64,000 nucleotides of DNA from positions 1,184,001-1,248,000 of the forward strand of contig CAVRCF010000005.1 of assembly GCA_963719505.1 (NCBI GenBank), read 5' to 3'. The position numbers and the translations under genes are program-made. Shown here piece after piece: positions 39,648-49,331 of the stretch. Position 1 is the first letter of the stretch. The number at the start of each line of letters is the position of its first letter. A model generated the notes under the pieces. It was not told the origin of the DNA. It saw only the letters and a program-made list of their open reading frames with translations, and did no database searches. This DNA is from Halobacteriovoraceae bacterium. Lineage in GTDB: Bacteria; Bdellovibrionota; Bacteriovoracia; Bacteriovoracales; Bacteriovoracaceae.

Positions 39648-41054
39648 TTACTTTCTTATTTCTGCTAGATCTTGAAGATCATTTAAATAACTTACGATAC
39701 CAAAACCAAATCCTGTACCAATAAATCCTTTCGTTCTTTTCAACCAGATGAAGTCAGGTCTCTCATAGCTTAACCAATATCCACCAGTAATATTTCCTTT
39801 CTTATCAAGGTTTAAATAGTACTCAAAGTCTTTGTGAGCAGCTCTATAGTTTGATGTTCCATTAGTTGGATTCCACCAAGCATAAAACTCTTCTTCAGGG
39901 TCCGACTGCTCCCAGAACATTCTTCCACCGTCATTTGCGTAATCAAGTCTGGTTTGAACTTTTATTTGCTTAACTGTTTTCTTGTCAGCATTTAAAAATC
40001 CACTTGTTTTAGTCTCAACGACCTTAGAGCTGTAACCAATAATAGGCTGATTCCAAACTTCATTATCTCTAACAACTTCTGCAATAAAACTTTCTTTATC
40101 GAGGTTAATTCTATTTGCTAAAGCGATATGAAATGCGCCAGGGTTTGTATCCACACACTCTGGTGGAAGTTCATGCGTAACGACCTGTCCATTAACCACA
40201 TGCTTATAATACTCTTTCCCATTTACAAGAGACCATGCCTCTTTGGGAAATTCAACCTTACATCTTTCACCAATTCTATTAGTAGATGTTCTCTTTCTCG
40301 CAAAATAGTTACTTGTAATGGCAAAATGGTAGTAACTAAGAAGTGCTTTCAAATCACTAGAGCCAAAGTTTAGGGTTATTCCGTCTTTCTTTATAGTTGT
40401 CACTTTCGGCTCTTCAAATTCAATCGCAGCAGAAGCCCAACCATTACAAATACCTTCCCAGTATTGATCATAAGGACCGGTTAACCTTAAAACATTTTTA
40501 GTTAGTTTAAAGTTTGAGTCTCTTCCAGTCTTTAAAGAGATATAAATATCAAACTTCTCCGTAGGAGAAAGCTTATCGATATCAACTTGACTCATTTTTC
40601 TTACATCATCAAGGCTTTCAGGTCTCTTTACATTAAAGAAGTATCTTTGGTGCTCAGCTCCCTTTTTGGACAATAGAGAATTAATTTCTGATTTCGCCTC
40701 AAGAATTCTTGATTCTGTCGATTGAATCATCATGGGACTAGGATTTACTGCAGAAAATAAATCACCTTTTAAGGAGACAATTTCTTCTTTTAAAGCACCT
40801 ACTTGGGCTTGGAGTTGTCTGACACTTGGAATGTCGCCGTAGAAATTGTTCCATCTAAAAGCTATTCCGCCATAAATATGTGGCCAAAAAGAAGAAGCCC
40901 ATGGCGTGAGGTGGCTTTCAAGAGATCCTTCTAGTGCTAAAGAGCTCATCTTGTGATTATAGTGCTTACCAAAAAAGTCTGGATTATTACTTCCTTCAAA
41001 TGCCTGAGCCACACCTGAAAGGGTAATAAGTCCTGCAATAACTAGATTTTTCAT
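39648..41054 (-). CDS. Secreted transglutaminase-elicitor (GP42/TGase_elicitor)-like protein
   Basis: Signal peptide (..VAQA); PWASSFWP..GGIA.RW, LSPTEKFD, WEGICNGWA, DLKALL, NPGAFH, EVWNQP, RPDFIW. Confidence 0.75.
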   Translation of the reverse strand: MKNLVIAGLITLSGVAQAFEGSNNPDFFGKHYNHKMSSLALEGSLESHLTPWASSFWPHIYGGIAFRWNNFYGDIPSVRQLQAQVGALKEEIVSLKGDLFSAVNPSPMMIQSTESRILEAKSEINSLLSKKGAEHQRYFFNVKRPESLDDVRKMSQVDIDKLSPTEKFDIYISLKTGRDSNFKLTKNVLRLTGPYDQYWEGICNGWASAAIEFEEPKVTTIKKDGITLNFGSSDLKALLSYYHFAITSNYFARKRTSTNRIGERCKVEFPKEAWSLVNGKEYYKHVVNGQVVTHELPPECVDTNPGAFHIALANRINLDKESFIAEVVRDNEVWNQPIIGYSSKVVETKTSGFLNADKKTVKQIKVQTRLDYANDGGRMFWEQSDPEEEFYAWWNPTNGTSNYRAAHKDFEYYLNLDKKGNITGGYWLSYERPDFIWLKRTKGFIGTGFGFGIVSYLNDLQDLAEIRK

Positions 41055-41201
41055 CCTCAAAGTCCTTTCCTTAAAATAATAATAGCCTCTTCTAACACGG
41101 AGTTTCATTTTTATCTATATCAATGACTTGTAGTGTAACTTTTTACAATCTCATAATTTCAAGCACTTAGCTTCTATCAGCAGAAAAGCCAACCTAATAG
41201 C

Positions 41202-41229
41202 TCAAGTAAACGCCAATTCTAGCCGATTA
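41202..41229 (+). promoter_or_regulatory. Putative sigma28-type promoter, possibly driving a leaderless mRNA
   Basis: TCAAGTAA-N12-GCCGATTA ending 6 nt before ATG 41236; no SD present. Confidence 0.55.
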
Positions 41230-41235
41230 GTATTT

Positions 41236-43341
41236 ATGAAAAAATTTAAACTCTTACTTATTTTTATTTTTCCTCTTACGGTTCTATCCCAGCCGACAAC
41301 TCTCTCTTCATTACAAAGTCAGATTGATGGGCTCGAGAATCAAAAAAATAGGAAGCTAAGTGAAACTCTAGCCTCCGAAGCCCAACTGGCCCAAGCGTCT
41401 GAACAGAGGCAAACAACTCTTGCTCGGGCTCTTGAAATTGGCGCCATTATTCCAACTTTGGACAAAAGGAAAATTGAAAAACTTAAAGAGATTTCCAAAG
41501 AAATAGAATCTGAGTTAGAAGCAACAAAAATTCCCCTTGAAGAACAAATTCGCATCACTCACTACAGGGATCAGAATAAGTATAGAGGCTATTTAAAGTG
41601 TCTAAGAAGAAACCTCGATAGTGGCAGTGATATCTTTAATAAAAAAATTGAAACGTGTCGGCCTCGACGGGCTCAAGACTTCACAGGTTCTGCCTCTTTC
41701 ATGCAGAAACTTCAAAAAGCGAGTGAACTTTTATCGATAGATGAACAAAAGCTACGAAGAGAATACAATACAGCAACTAATAAAGTGTCGAGCCTCGATT
41801 CAAAGATAAATTCTTTGAAACATCTCAGCTATGATTCTAGAAAAGAATTAGAGCAACTAGAACTTCAAATTGATGACTTACAAGTAAAATTTAAAAGAGA
41901 AGAATTCATGGCCATCAATAAGGATTTTTACAACTGTAATAGTAAAACACCAACGATTGATTTAGAAAATGAAACGCTTCACGCTCAAACGTCTAAAAAG
42001 GGGCCTTTTTATAATATTCCTAGAGATCACCAAGACGGTGTAGGGACGTGTTATGCCAACACAGCTAAAAACCTTCTTTTGGGGCTTTCTGATGGGAAAA
42101 TGAACGCCTCATTTCTTGAGATGGCTTTGCAGTATAAAAGTAAATTCTCAAATGGACAAGCCTTCGACTTAGATGGAGGGCACTCGTGTGAAGTGTTAAA
42201 AATAGTAGAAGATATTGGCTACTGCCCCAAAGGCTTCTCCCCGATTGAAAGCGGAGACGAAACACAAAGAATAGGTGGGCTTTTTAAAGACAATACAAGT
42301 CTCTATGGCCATGCCCAAGTCATAGAGATGGTTAAACGTTTTATGGATGGAAAAGCTTTACTAGAGAAAAATACAGATTCTTGTTCAATCAGTATGGTTA
42401 AGAATTCTAAAAAAATGATAGAAGCTATGAAAGCTGATGCCGATATAAAACTTCCTTATCCAACAATCAATAATTTTGTCCTCGACAAAAATAAAATGCT
42501 TGGTTTTTACTTTTGGAGTTACAAAAATAAAGTGACAAATCCGATATCGGAAGAGGAATATTTAAACGACTACAATCGAGTTCAAAATGAATTTTCAAAG
42601 AGCTATCTCGAAGCGGCCATTGGAGAAGAATCCGAAGCAAAGTTACGCAAAAGGTTCGACGATACTTATGGTCAATTTTTTAGAAAATATGGTTTTGAAG
42701 ACAAGCTCAAAGTACCTCATTTAGCTTCCAGACTCGACTCATTTCTACGAAAAGGTTACGATCAAGACTTTAGAAAAGCGGCAATCAAAACAAGCATGTT
42801 TTACAAAGAGTTCTTCTCTGAAAGTAATGATACCGTCAACCTTTCTGATTCAACTTGCTTAAAAGATAATAGTCTTTTTACAACTTTTATTTCAGGTTTA
42901 AATGAAATTGCGAATATGTTTAGGGCCACTGGTGGTGATACAGACAAACTTTTTGATAATGAAGGAAACTTTATTTCGAGTCATGATCTTATGACTCTCG
43001 CTGTTGCACCAAAATGTTTAAACACTAGCAATAGGAAAAAACTTGATCTTCCCTACCAGTGCAAACTTGTTACTACCAATCGAGCCTTAACAGTTGAAAG
43101 AGAAATTTCTAATAAAAGAGATCTTATTTTAACAAGCCTCCTTGAAGGGCTTCCTGTCGGGAACACCCACCCTCAGCCAGGAGGGTCCCATATTAATACT
43201 ATTGTGGGATTCAGGTATAACTCTTCAATAGATAAATGTGAGTATAAAATCAGAGAGTCTCAATCAGCGACGTCATTTTGGACGAGTGAAAAAGATATCC
43301 TAAAAAACAATACCAACTTTACTTTCGTGGAGAAGAAATAA
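41236..43341 (+). CDS. Secreted coiled-coil protein with papain-like (clan CA) cysteine peptidase domain
   Basis: Signal peptide; heptad-rich N-terminus; RDHQDGVGTCYA (Q...C), DGG, SHINTIVG (His), IRES (RNS-equivalent). Confidence 0.65.
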   Translation: MKKFKLLLIFIFPLTVLSQPTTLSSLQSQIDGLENQKNRKLSETLASEAQLAQASEQRQTTLARALEIGAIIPTLDKRKIEKLKEISKEIESELEATKIPLEEQIRITHYRDQNKYRGYLKCLRRNLDSGSDIFNKKIETCRPRRAQDFTGSASFMQKLQKASELLSIDEQKLRREYNTATNKVSSLDSKINSLKHLSYDSRKELEQLELQIDDLQVKFKREEFMAINKDFYNCNSKTPTIDLENETLHAQTSKKGPFYNIPRDHQDGVGTCYANTAKNLLLGLSDGKMNASFLEMALQYKSKFSNGQAFDLDGGHSCEVLKIVEDIGYCPKGFSPIESGDETQRIGGLFKDNTSLYGHAQVIEMVKRFMDGKALLEKNTDSCSISMVKNSKKMIEAMKADADIKLPYPTINNFVLDKNKMLGFYFWSYKNKVTNPISEEEYLNDYNRVQNEFSKSYLEAAIGEESEAKLRKRFDDTYGQFFRKYGFEDKLKVPHLASRLDSFLRKGYDQDFRKAAIKTSMFYKEFFSESNDTVNLSDSTCLKDNSLFTTFISGLNEIANMFRATGGDTDKLFDNEGNFISSHDLMTLAVAPKCLNTSNRKKLDLPYQCKLVTTNRALTVEREISNKRDLILTSLLEGLPVGNTHPQPGGSHINTIVGFRYNSSIDKCEYKIRESQSATSFWTSEKDILKNNTNFTFVEKK

Positions 43342-43697
43342 TGCGACTAACTCTTCTTCTTCTCCTCATATCCATAACAGTTAAAGCTGCTGATAGCCAG
43401 TTCAAGATAGCTGGGAAGTATTACGCCTTCATAAAAAAAGGATCGCTCCTGGTGAGTGAGAATTGCAAAGATAAGTGTGTGGCTTTTGAGAAATCAAAGT
43501 CAATCAAGTCTAAAATAACACCCAAAAAGAAAGATTTTGCCAGTTCTATAGGGTCCTACGCGTGCACTGAAGTACTAGGAGGCCAGTCTCTTTTGGGTGT
43601 GAAAAAAAATAAAGATATGGTTGCCGTGTGCCTATTTAAGAAAGATTCTAGTATGGTCGATATAAATTCATTAACAGATTTTATTCAAGCCCTTTAG
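43341..43697 (+). CDS. Small secreted 4-Cys protein, translationally coupled to the upstream peptidase
   Basis: TAATG overlap; signal peptide MRLTLLLLLISITVKA; four Cys. Confidence 0.7.
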   Translation: MRLTLLLLLISITVKAADSQFKIAGKYYAFIKKGSLLVSENCKDKCVAFEKSKSIKSKITPKKKDFASSIGSYACTEVLGGQSLLGVKKNKDMVAVCLFKKDSSMVDINSLTDFIQAL

Positions 43698-44655
43698 GAA
43701 TTCTTTTATCCATCACCCTAAACCAAAGCTTTGGAATTAAACTTAGTAGAATCATCCCAGGGTAGCCTGTCGGCATTTGAGGAGCATCATTTTGACTTTC
43801 TAAAGTCTGGTACTTCTTAGCGACCATGGCATGATGATCACTATGCCTAGAAAGATTAAAAAGTATTCCCCTCCCCACTAGATGATTTGAATTCCAAGAG
43901 TGTAAAGGTGTCACTTTCTCATACCGACCGGAGGGATTTAGTTTTCGCTGGAGACCGTAATGCTCAATATAGTTCACGCATTCTAAGAGAAGGAATCCAA
44001 GCGTCGCGCTCAGAACAAAAGCGAGCATAACGTTGAAAGAGAATGTAAAAAAGATCGTGGCACAAAGGAGGATTTGCAAAAAAATCCCAAGAAAAAGGTC
44101 CTCTTTATCGATTGTATAAGCAGACTTAAATGTTCCGTAAATAGACTTTATTACAAATCGATAGAGACTCTCCCCCTTTGCTGCACTAGAAGGATCCTGT
44201 GGAGTTGATACATATTTGTGATGACCTTTATTGTGATCAATAAAAAATTGGTAATACAAAGAGGATATCAAGAGGGCTTTTGCCATCCATACTTCGTAAG
44301 TTTTAGACCGGTGTCCAAGTTCATGAGCAACATTAATACCGATCACTCCGCAGTTAATCCCCATGCTCACAATGATTCCTGCCATTTCTAAGCTGGAATT
44401 TAAGTCTGACAGCCGCTGACAAAAAAGAAAAAGCAACATGTACTGTATCGGAACTTGTAAATAAAGAAGAAGGTCATAATAGAAAATATCTTTTTGGTCA
44501 AAATCTTTGGAGGTGGTATCAAGGGCAACATCGAGAACCGGAACAATGATGAAAGCAAAGACGACACAAGACCATGTCCCCAAGCCATCAGAGTAAAGTG
44601 AAATAAAAGTCGACAGCGGTATCAAAAAACCAAGAAGATAAAGACTAGAACCCAT
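43681..44655 (-). CDS. alkB: Alkane 1-monooxygenase (AlkB-type membrane diiron hydroxylase)
   Basis: HELGH, DHNKGHH, NYIEHYG, HSWN, LSRHSDHH, PQMPTGYPGM; start uncertain (44655 or 44688). Confidence 0.85.
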   Translation of the reverse strand: MGSSLYLLGFLIPLSTFISLYSDGLGTWSCVVFAFIIVPVLDVALDTTSKDFDQKDIFYYDLLLYLQVPIQYMLLFLFCQRLSDLNSSLEMAGIIVSMGINCGVIGINVAHELGHRSKTYEVWMAKALLISSLYYQFFIDHNKGHHKYVSTPQDPSSAAKGESLYRFVIKSIYGTFKSAYTIDKEDLFLGIFLQILLCATIFFTFSFNVMLAFVLSATLGFLLLECVNYIEHYGLQRKLNPSGRYEKVTPLHSWNSNHLVGRGILFNLSRHSDHHAMVAKKYQTLESQNDAPQMPTGYPGMILLSLIPKLWFRVMDKRIPKGLE

Positions 44656-45553
44656 ACACATCCTTCGCAGCTTTGTAGGTATTCTCATAGGCTTTTATTG
44701 TAGCATGTATAGGCTTTGAGTATCCACCCCCAAGGGCCATAGAAAGTGGAAAATCATTAAATTTTGCAAAGTTAAAGACCATTAAATCTCTTTGAAACAA
44801 GCACTCATATGATAGATTAAGAGTCCCTAGACTATCTTCTTTTAGAGCATCTACTCCTGCTTGATAGAGAACAATATCATAATTATTAACTGTCAAAGAA
44901 GCCAACGTTTCTCTTAAGGCTTCAATATACTCACCATCGGTAACAGTATCTGGAAATGCTCTATCAATTGTTGAAGGCACTTTTCTAAAAGGATAATTTT
45001 TTTCTCCATGGAAACTTACAACGTCGACAAAGTCATCATCTTGAAAAAGTGAAGAGTTCCCATTTCCTTGATGAACATCTAAATCGATAATAAGAACTCG
45101 ATGTCTAAACTTTTGGTTTAAAAGTGCGATGGCGATAGCAAAGTCGTTAAAAAAGCAAAAGCCTTCACCGCGATCGTAGCTTGCGTGGTGTGTTCCTCCG
45201 CACAAGCTGGAGGAGAAGCCCAACTCCTTCGCTGAAAATGCAGATTGAACGACGGCTCCAATTGAGGAGCGTGTGCGATCAAGCATTTGCTCGTTAAGTG
45301 GAAGTCCGACAATTCTGGCCCTCGCATGTTCTAAAGTATGATTAAAAACGCTATCGACATACTCTTTTGCGTGAGCAAGATAAATACTTTGTCGATCGAT
45401 AAGCTGTGCAGCATGCATAGAATTTGCTTGGACAATATTTTTCGCCACCAAAGCACTGCGCAATAAAGCATACTTCTCCATTGGAAACCTATGCCCATCT
45501 TCAAGCTTAACTTCATAGATATCATTGTAAAAAACTCTTATCTTTTCACTCAT
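44645..45553 (-). CDS. Histone deacetylase-family (Zn-dependent deacylase) protein
   Basis: GHRFPMEKY, GGTHHA, GFCFFND, IDLDVHQGNG, YQAGVD, GGGY. Confidence 0.9.
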   Translation of the reverse strand: MSEKIRVFYNDIYEVKLEDGHRFPMEKYALLRSALVAKNIVQANSMHAAQLIDRQSIYLAHAKEYVDSVFNHTLEHARARIVGLPLNEQMLDRTRSSIGAVVQSAFSAKELGFSSSLCGGTHHASYDRGEGFCFFNDFAIAIALLNQKFRHRVLIIDLDVHQGNGNSSLFQDDDFVDVVSFHGEKNYPFRKVPSTIDRAFPDTVTDGEYIEALRETLASLTVNNYDIVLYQAGVDALKEDSLGTLNLSYECLFQRDLMVFNFAKFNDFPLSMALGGGYSKPIHATIKAYENTYKAAKDVYGF

Positions 45554-45621
45554 TTAAATAAAATAGCATAAGACAATTCTCTCTGCTATAATTTGGGCAA
45601 ATTTTAATAGCGAGGAAAATT

Positions 45622-46749
45622 ATGGCAATCACATCTGTACCTTTCATCACCCTAAACCGTTTCGAAGATGGGTTTAAGGAAAAATTTCTAAATGGAGTCA
45701 CTGAACTTGTTGATAAAACTCAATTCGTCGGTGGACCGATTGTATCGACTTTAGAAGAAAATTTAGCAAAGAAAACCGAAGCAAAATTTGTCGTCGGGTG
45801 CGCTAATGGTACTGATGCCATACAAGTCGCTCTCAGAACAATTGAAGTTGAAAAAGACGATATCGTACTCCTACCGGATATGACTTTTTGGGCGACTTTT
45901 GAAGCCGTTGTCAATGTTGGAGCGAAGCCAGTAACTGTGGACGTTAATCGTGACACTTGTCACTGGGACTTTGATACTTTTAAAGAGGCAGTGGATAAGT
46001 TCAAACCAAAAGCCGCAATTATGGTTCATCTTTATGGCCATGCATCTCCAGACACAATGAAAATTAGAAGTTACGCAAAAGATAATAACGTTCTTCTTGT
46101 TGAAGATGGAGCTCAATGCTTTGGGACAAAAGTTGACGGCAAATCAGTTCTAGGAACTGCACTCATTGCAACGACCAGCTTTTACCCTGCAAAAGTTCTC
46201 GGAGCTTCAGGTGATGCGGGAGCAATATTCACAAATGACTCACAATTAGCAAATACCGCAAGAGTACTGACCAATCACGGAAGAACCACCCACTATACTC
46301 ATGGGCTCGTTGGCTGGAACTCAAGGATTGGATCTTATGAGTCACTCTTTTTAAATCTCTCGTTAGACCATATCGATGCAAGGCTTAATAGCAGAAGAGA
46401 AGCGGTAAATTACTACTACCAAAACCTTCAAGGTCTTCCATTAAAAGTAAAACTATCCTCTGATAATGTGGATGAGAATGGATACTGTGCTGTGGCCATG
46501 ATTGACCCAGAACTCAGAGGAGCTCTTATTGAGACCCTTAAGGATGCTGGAATTGGCTCTGGAACTATTTATCCAGGAGCTATGAGCCTACAAGAAGGGG
46601 CTGATAAGTATCTCGAAGGTAAAATTGACAATGGAAATGCAGACTATATCTCAAAAGCAGTTTTAAACCTTCCTTGTTTTGCTTATATTACAAAAGATGA
46701 GCTTGAATATGTTGTCTCAACTGTAAAAAAGCACTTCAATAATATGTAA
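45622..46749 (+). CDS. DegT/DnrJ/EryC1/StrS family PLP-dependent aminotransferase
   Basis: CANGTDAI, VHLYG, VEDGAQCFG, SFYPAKVLGASGDAG. Confidence 0.9.
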   Translation: MAITSVPFITLNRFEDGFKEKFLNGVTELVDKTQFVGGPIVSTLEENLAKKTEAKFVVGCANGTDAIQVALRTIEVEKDDIVLLPDMTFWATFEAVVNVGAKPVTVDVNRDTCHWDFDTFKEAVDKFKPKAAIMVHLYGHASPDTMKIRSYAKDNNVLLVEDGAQCFGTKVDGKSVLGTALIATTSFYPAKVLGASGDAGAIFTNDSQLANTARVLTNHGRTTHYTHGLVGWNSRIGSYESLFLNLSLDHIDARLNSRREAVNYYYQNLQGLPLKVKLSSDNVDENGYCAVAMIDPELRGALIETLKDAGIGSGTIYPGAMSLQEGADKYLEGKIDNGNADYISKAVLNLPCFAYITKDELEYVVSTVKKHFNNM

Positions 46750-46798
46750 AATATCCAATCAGAAAGAAAAAAGAGCGATTAATTGATATGAGTTCCAC

Positions 46799-48022
46799 AT
46801 GAACAAAATTATCTTAATCGCTTTTTTTATTTCTGGCTCTCTTTTTGCCAAATCAAATCTCTATCAAATAAGTTTTTCGACGTTTGTTGACCACAACGAG
46901 TTTTCTGCACAAAAAGCTATGAAGCATCAAATCGTTCACTCCATGGGCACTGGTATGAATAGGTTCGCTAATAGATCGAGCTTAAATTATAATTATGAGA
47001 TAAAAGTCACCGAGACTGTAACTTTTGAAAAATTCCAAAGGACCTATTATTCATTTCGCGGTGAATTTCTCATTGAAAATGAATTGGATCAGATCGAAAA
47101 CTACAAAATTATTTTACCTTTAAACCCCGAGACTATTTTTGATAGTGCAAGCCGGTTTAAACATTATTGTTCAAAATCTGGTTACAGAGGTAATAAAGAA
47201 ACCTTTTATTGGGCTTGGAGTCCAAACACAAAATACTGTGGATTAAAAGTAAACGAGCATTTCCTTGAAGTCGAGATCAACAGTGCGACAAAAGTTGTTC
47301 AAGACTCTCTTCACCTTAGCTCTGAGTTTCTTGTCGATGATGAGTACGCTTTGTTCTACTACTTTGGATCTGACTTTTTCTCGCTTAGAAATTTTGGGAT
47401 GGCCCAAAAAGGATATACTGAAATATCTAGAACTCTTCGACGTCTGGGTTTTTCTAAAATCAAGTATTCAAATATGCTCATGGAGATTATTGGGACGAAT
47501 AGTCTTTACTCTCAGTTTCTCCACTACCAAGGAGAAATTCACGGTAAAAAAGCAAACGCCTATATTATGCTTGGAAATCCAACCGATCACACTCCTGGAG
47601 CAAAAAAAGAGTTTTTTAAATTTACAAAATATGCGCTAGAAAATGGAAGTACCTACACGTACATGGGTCATGCGGGCCTTGGGTCAGTCTTTAACCTTGA
47701 TCTTCAAGAGCAACAGTTCGGCGAAAAAATAAATTATAATCTGAATCAAAAACAAATGATTTATATAGACGGATGTAATACTTTTTTCTATTCAACTAAT
47801 TTTTTCTTTAAGAAAAAACCTTTAACCAACTCGCTAGTCCTCATCACAAATGGATTGAGTATACTCACCAATTTCTACAAACAAACAGTATCAACAATTT
47901 TAGATAATCTACTCCTAGATCAGTTCACCAATGAAGATCTCGAGTCCAAGGCTGAATACTATATGCGCAACCAAAGAGCACGGCTCGATGAGATGGCACT
48001 TGTCAATGCGTCTTCAAATTAA
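46799..48022 (+). CDS. Secreted hypothetical protein with possible clan CD His-Cys dyad
   Basis: Signal peptide; YTYMGHAGLG and IYIDGCNT motifs. Confidence 0.65.
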   Translation: MNKIILIAFFISGSLFAKSNLYQISFSTFVDHNEFSAQKAMKHQIVHSMGTGMNRFANRSSLNYNYEIKVTETVTFEKFQRTYYSFRGEFLIENELDQIENYKIILPLNPETIFDSASRFKHYCSKSGYRGNKETFYWAWSPNTKYCGLKVNEHFLEVEINSATKVVQDSLHLSSEFLVDDEYALFYYFGSDFFSLRNFGMAQKGYTEISRTLRRLGFSKIKYSNMLMEIIGTNSLYSQFLHYQGEIHGKKANAYIMLGNPTDHTPGAKKEFFKFTKYALENGSTYTYMGHAGLGSVFNLDLQEQQFGEKINYNLNQKQMIYIDGCNTFFYSTNFFFKKKPLTNSLVLITNGLSILTNFYKQTVSTILDNLLLDQFTNEDLESKAEYYMRNQRARLDEMALVNASSN

Positions 48023-48026
48023 AGAT

Positions 48027-48125
48027 CTACTGCAAGATATAGGCATAAATAACTGGGATTCCATAGGTCATTAAAAATGCCACGGCCATAAATAATGCAA
48101 TTGAACCTAATGTTTCACGTTCCAT
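48027..48125 (-). CDS. Unannotated 32-aa single-pass membrane peptide
   Basis: GGAGG SD 8 nt before ATG; MERETLGSIALFMAVAFLMTYGIPVIYAYILQ*; stop falls 4 nt from the convergent gene's stop. Confidence 0.65.
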   Translation of the reverse strand: MERETLGSIALFMAVAFLMTYGIPVIYAYILQ

Positions 48126-48295
48126 AATTAATTCCTCCATAAAAAGAATATCGTTAATGTAAAAACATTTGGTTTTTGATCCTCATATTAATTGTGTTTT
48201 TTTCTTAACATAATCATCTCTTCCTTGATATACCTATGCGCTTAAACATAAAATAATGTAAATACAATCAGTTAAATTCTACTTTAAGGAGAATA

Positions 48296-49279
48296 ATGAA
48301 ACACTTGGCATTTTTAATCTGTATCCTCTCTCTAAGTGCGTATGCAAAGCACAGAGTTGACTTTGGAATTGGACTCACCTTTCCCCAAGCTCACACAGAC
48401 TTCAATAATGAAGCTGACACTGATACATCAATTTTTCTAAACTATAGACAAAAGACTTCCAAAGAACTCTCATTTGGTGCTGGTTACTATCGGTTTAATT
48501 TTTCTGATACTGATCTAAAAGATGATGTTTTCTATTTACTTGGACGCTATGACTTTGAATCTTACAGACACATCAGACCGTTTGCCTCGGTTGGTGCTGG
48601 TATGGCCAATATCGACCCTGAAGGAAGTTCCGATTACCTTAGACTGACGACATTTGCAGGCCTTGGTGCCGATACGACTATTGCTCCCAATTTAAAACTT
48701 GGGGTAAATTTTAATTATCATTTCATTGCTAAGAAAACTTCAGCAAAGTCTGAACAAAGTATTTATATTCCTTCACTATTTTTAACTTATGCCTTTGGTC
48801 CTAAGGAAACACAAGCACCAGCTCCTATTCTTAGTGACTTTGATAAAGATGGTGTAACAGATTCTGATGACCAATGCCCAAATACAAAAATGGGAGTGAG
48901 AGTAAATGCTTATGGGTGTGATGTTGAGAGAAAAGATATCACCGTCGCTCTCGATGTGAAATTCGAAGCCTATAAGACTGAAATTGATCTTTCTTCCACA
49001 AGCCAACTAGATAAGATGGGGAGAACGCTAAAAAATAATCCTGAAATTTTCATTGAAATCCAAGGTCACACTGATACATCTGGAAATGAACAAAAGAACA
49101 CAGAGTTGTCAAAGCTCAGAGCTGGATCAGTTAAAGATTATCTCGTAAGAAAACATGGAATTAATTCGGAAAGACTTATTGTTAGAGGATACGGACCAAA
49201 ATTTCCTTTAAAATCAAATGATACCCCTGAAGGTCGTGAAGCAAATAGAAGAGTTCAAGCAAAAATCATTTCAAAATAA
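48296..49279 (+). CDS. OmpA/OprF family outer membrane protein (beta-barrel, TSP3-like linker, OmpA_C)
   Basis: DFDKDGVTDSDDQCPNT..GC; IQGHTDTSG, LSKLRAGSV, ANRRV. Confidence 0.9.
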   Translation: MKHLAFLICILSLSAYAKHRVDFGIGLTFPQAHTDFNNEADTDTSIFLNYRQKTSKELSFGAGYYRFNFSDTDLKDDVFYLLGRYDFESYRHIRPFASVGAGMANIDPEGSSDYLRLTTFAGLGADTTIAPNLKLGVNFNYHFIAKKTSAKSEQSIYIPSLFLTYAFGPKETQAPAPILSDFDKDGVTDSDDQCPNTKMGVRVNAYGCDVERKDITVALDVKFEAYKTEIDLSSTSQLDKMGRTLKNNPEIFIEIQGHTDTSGNEQKNTELSKLRAGSVKDYLVRKHGINSERLIVRGYGPKFPLKSNDTPEGREANRRVQAKIISK

Positions 49280-49286
49280 AAAACCA

Positions 49287-49311
49287 GAGCGCCTATTTAT
49301 TTAGGCGCTCT
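49287..49311. terminator. Stem-loop terminator between convergent genes
   Basis: AGAGCGCCTA-TTTAT-TAGGCGCTCT-type 10-bp stem next to an A-run. Confidence 0.75.
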
Positions 49312-49331
49312 AATCTTCAATCTAATATTTT

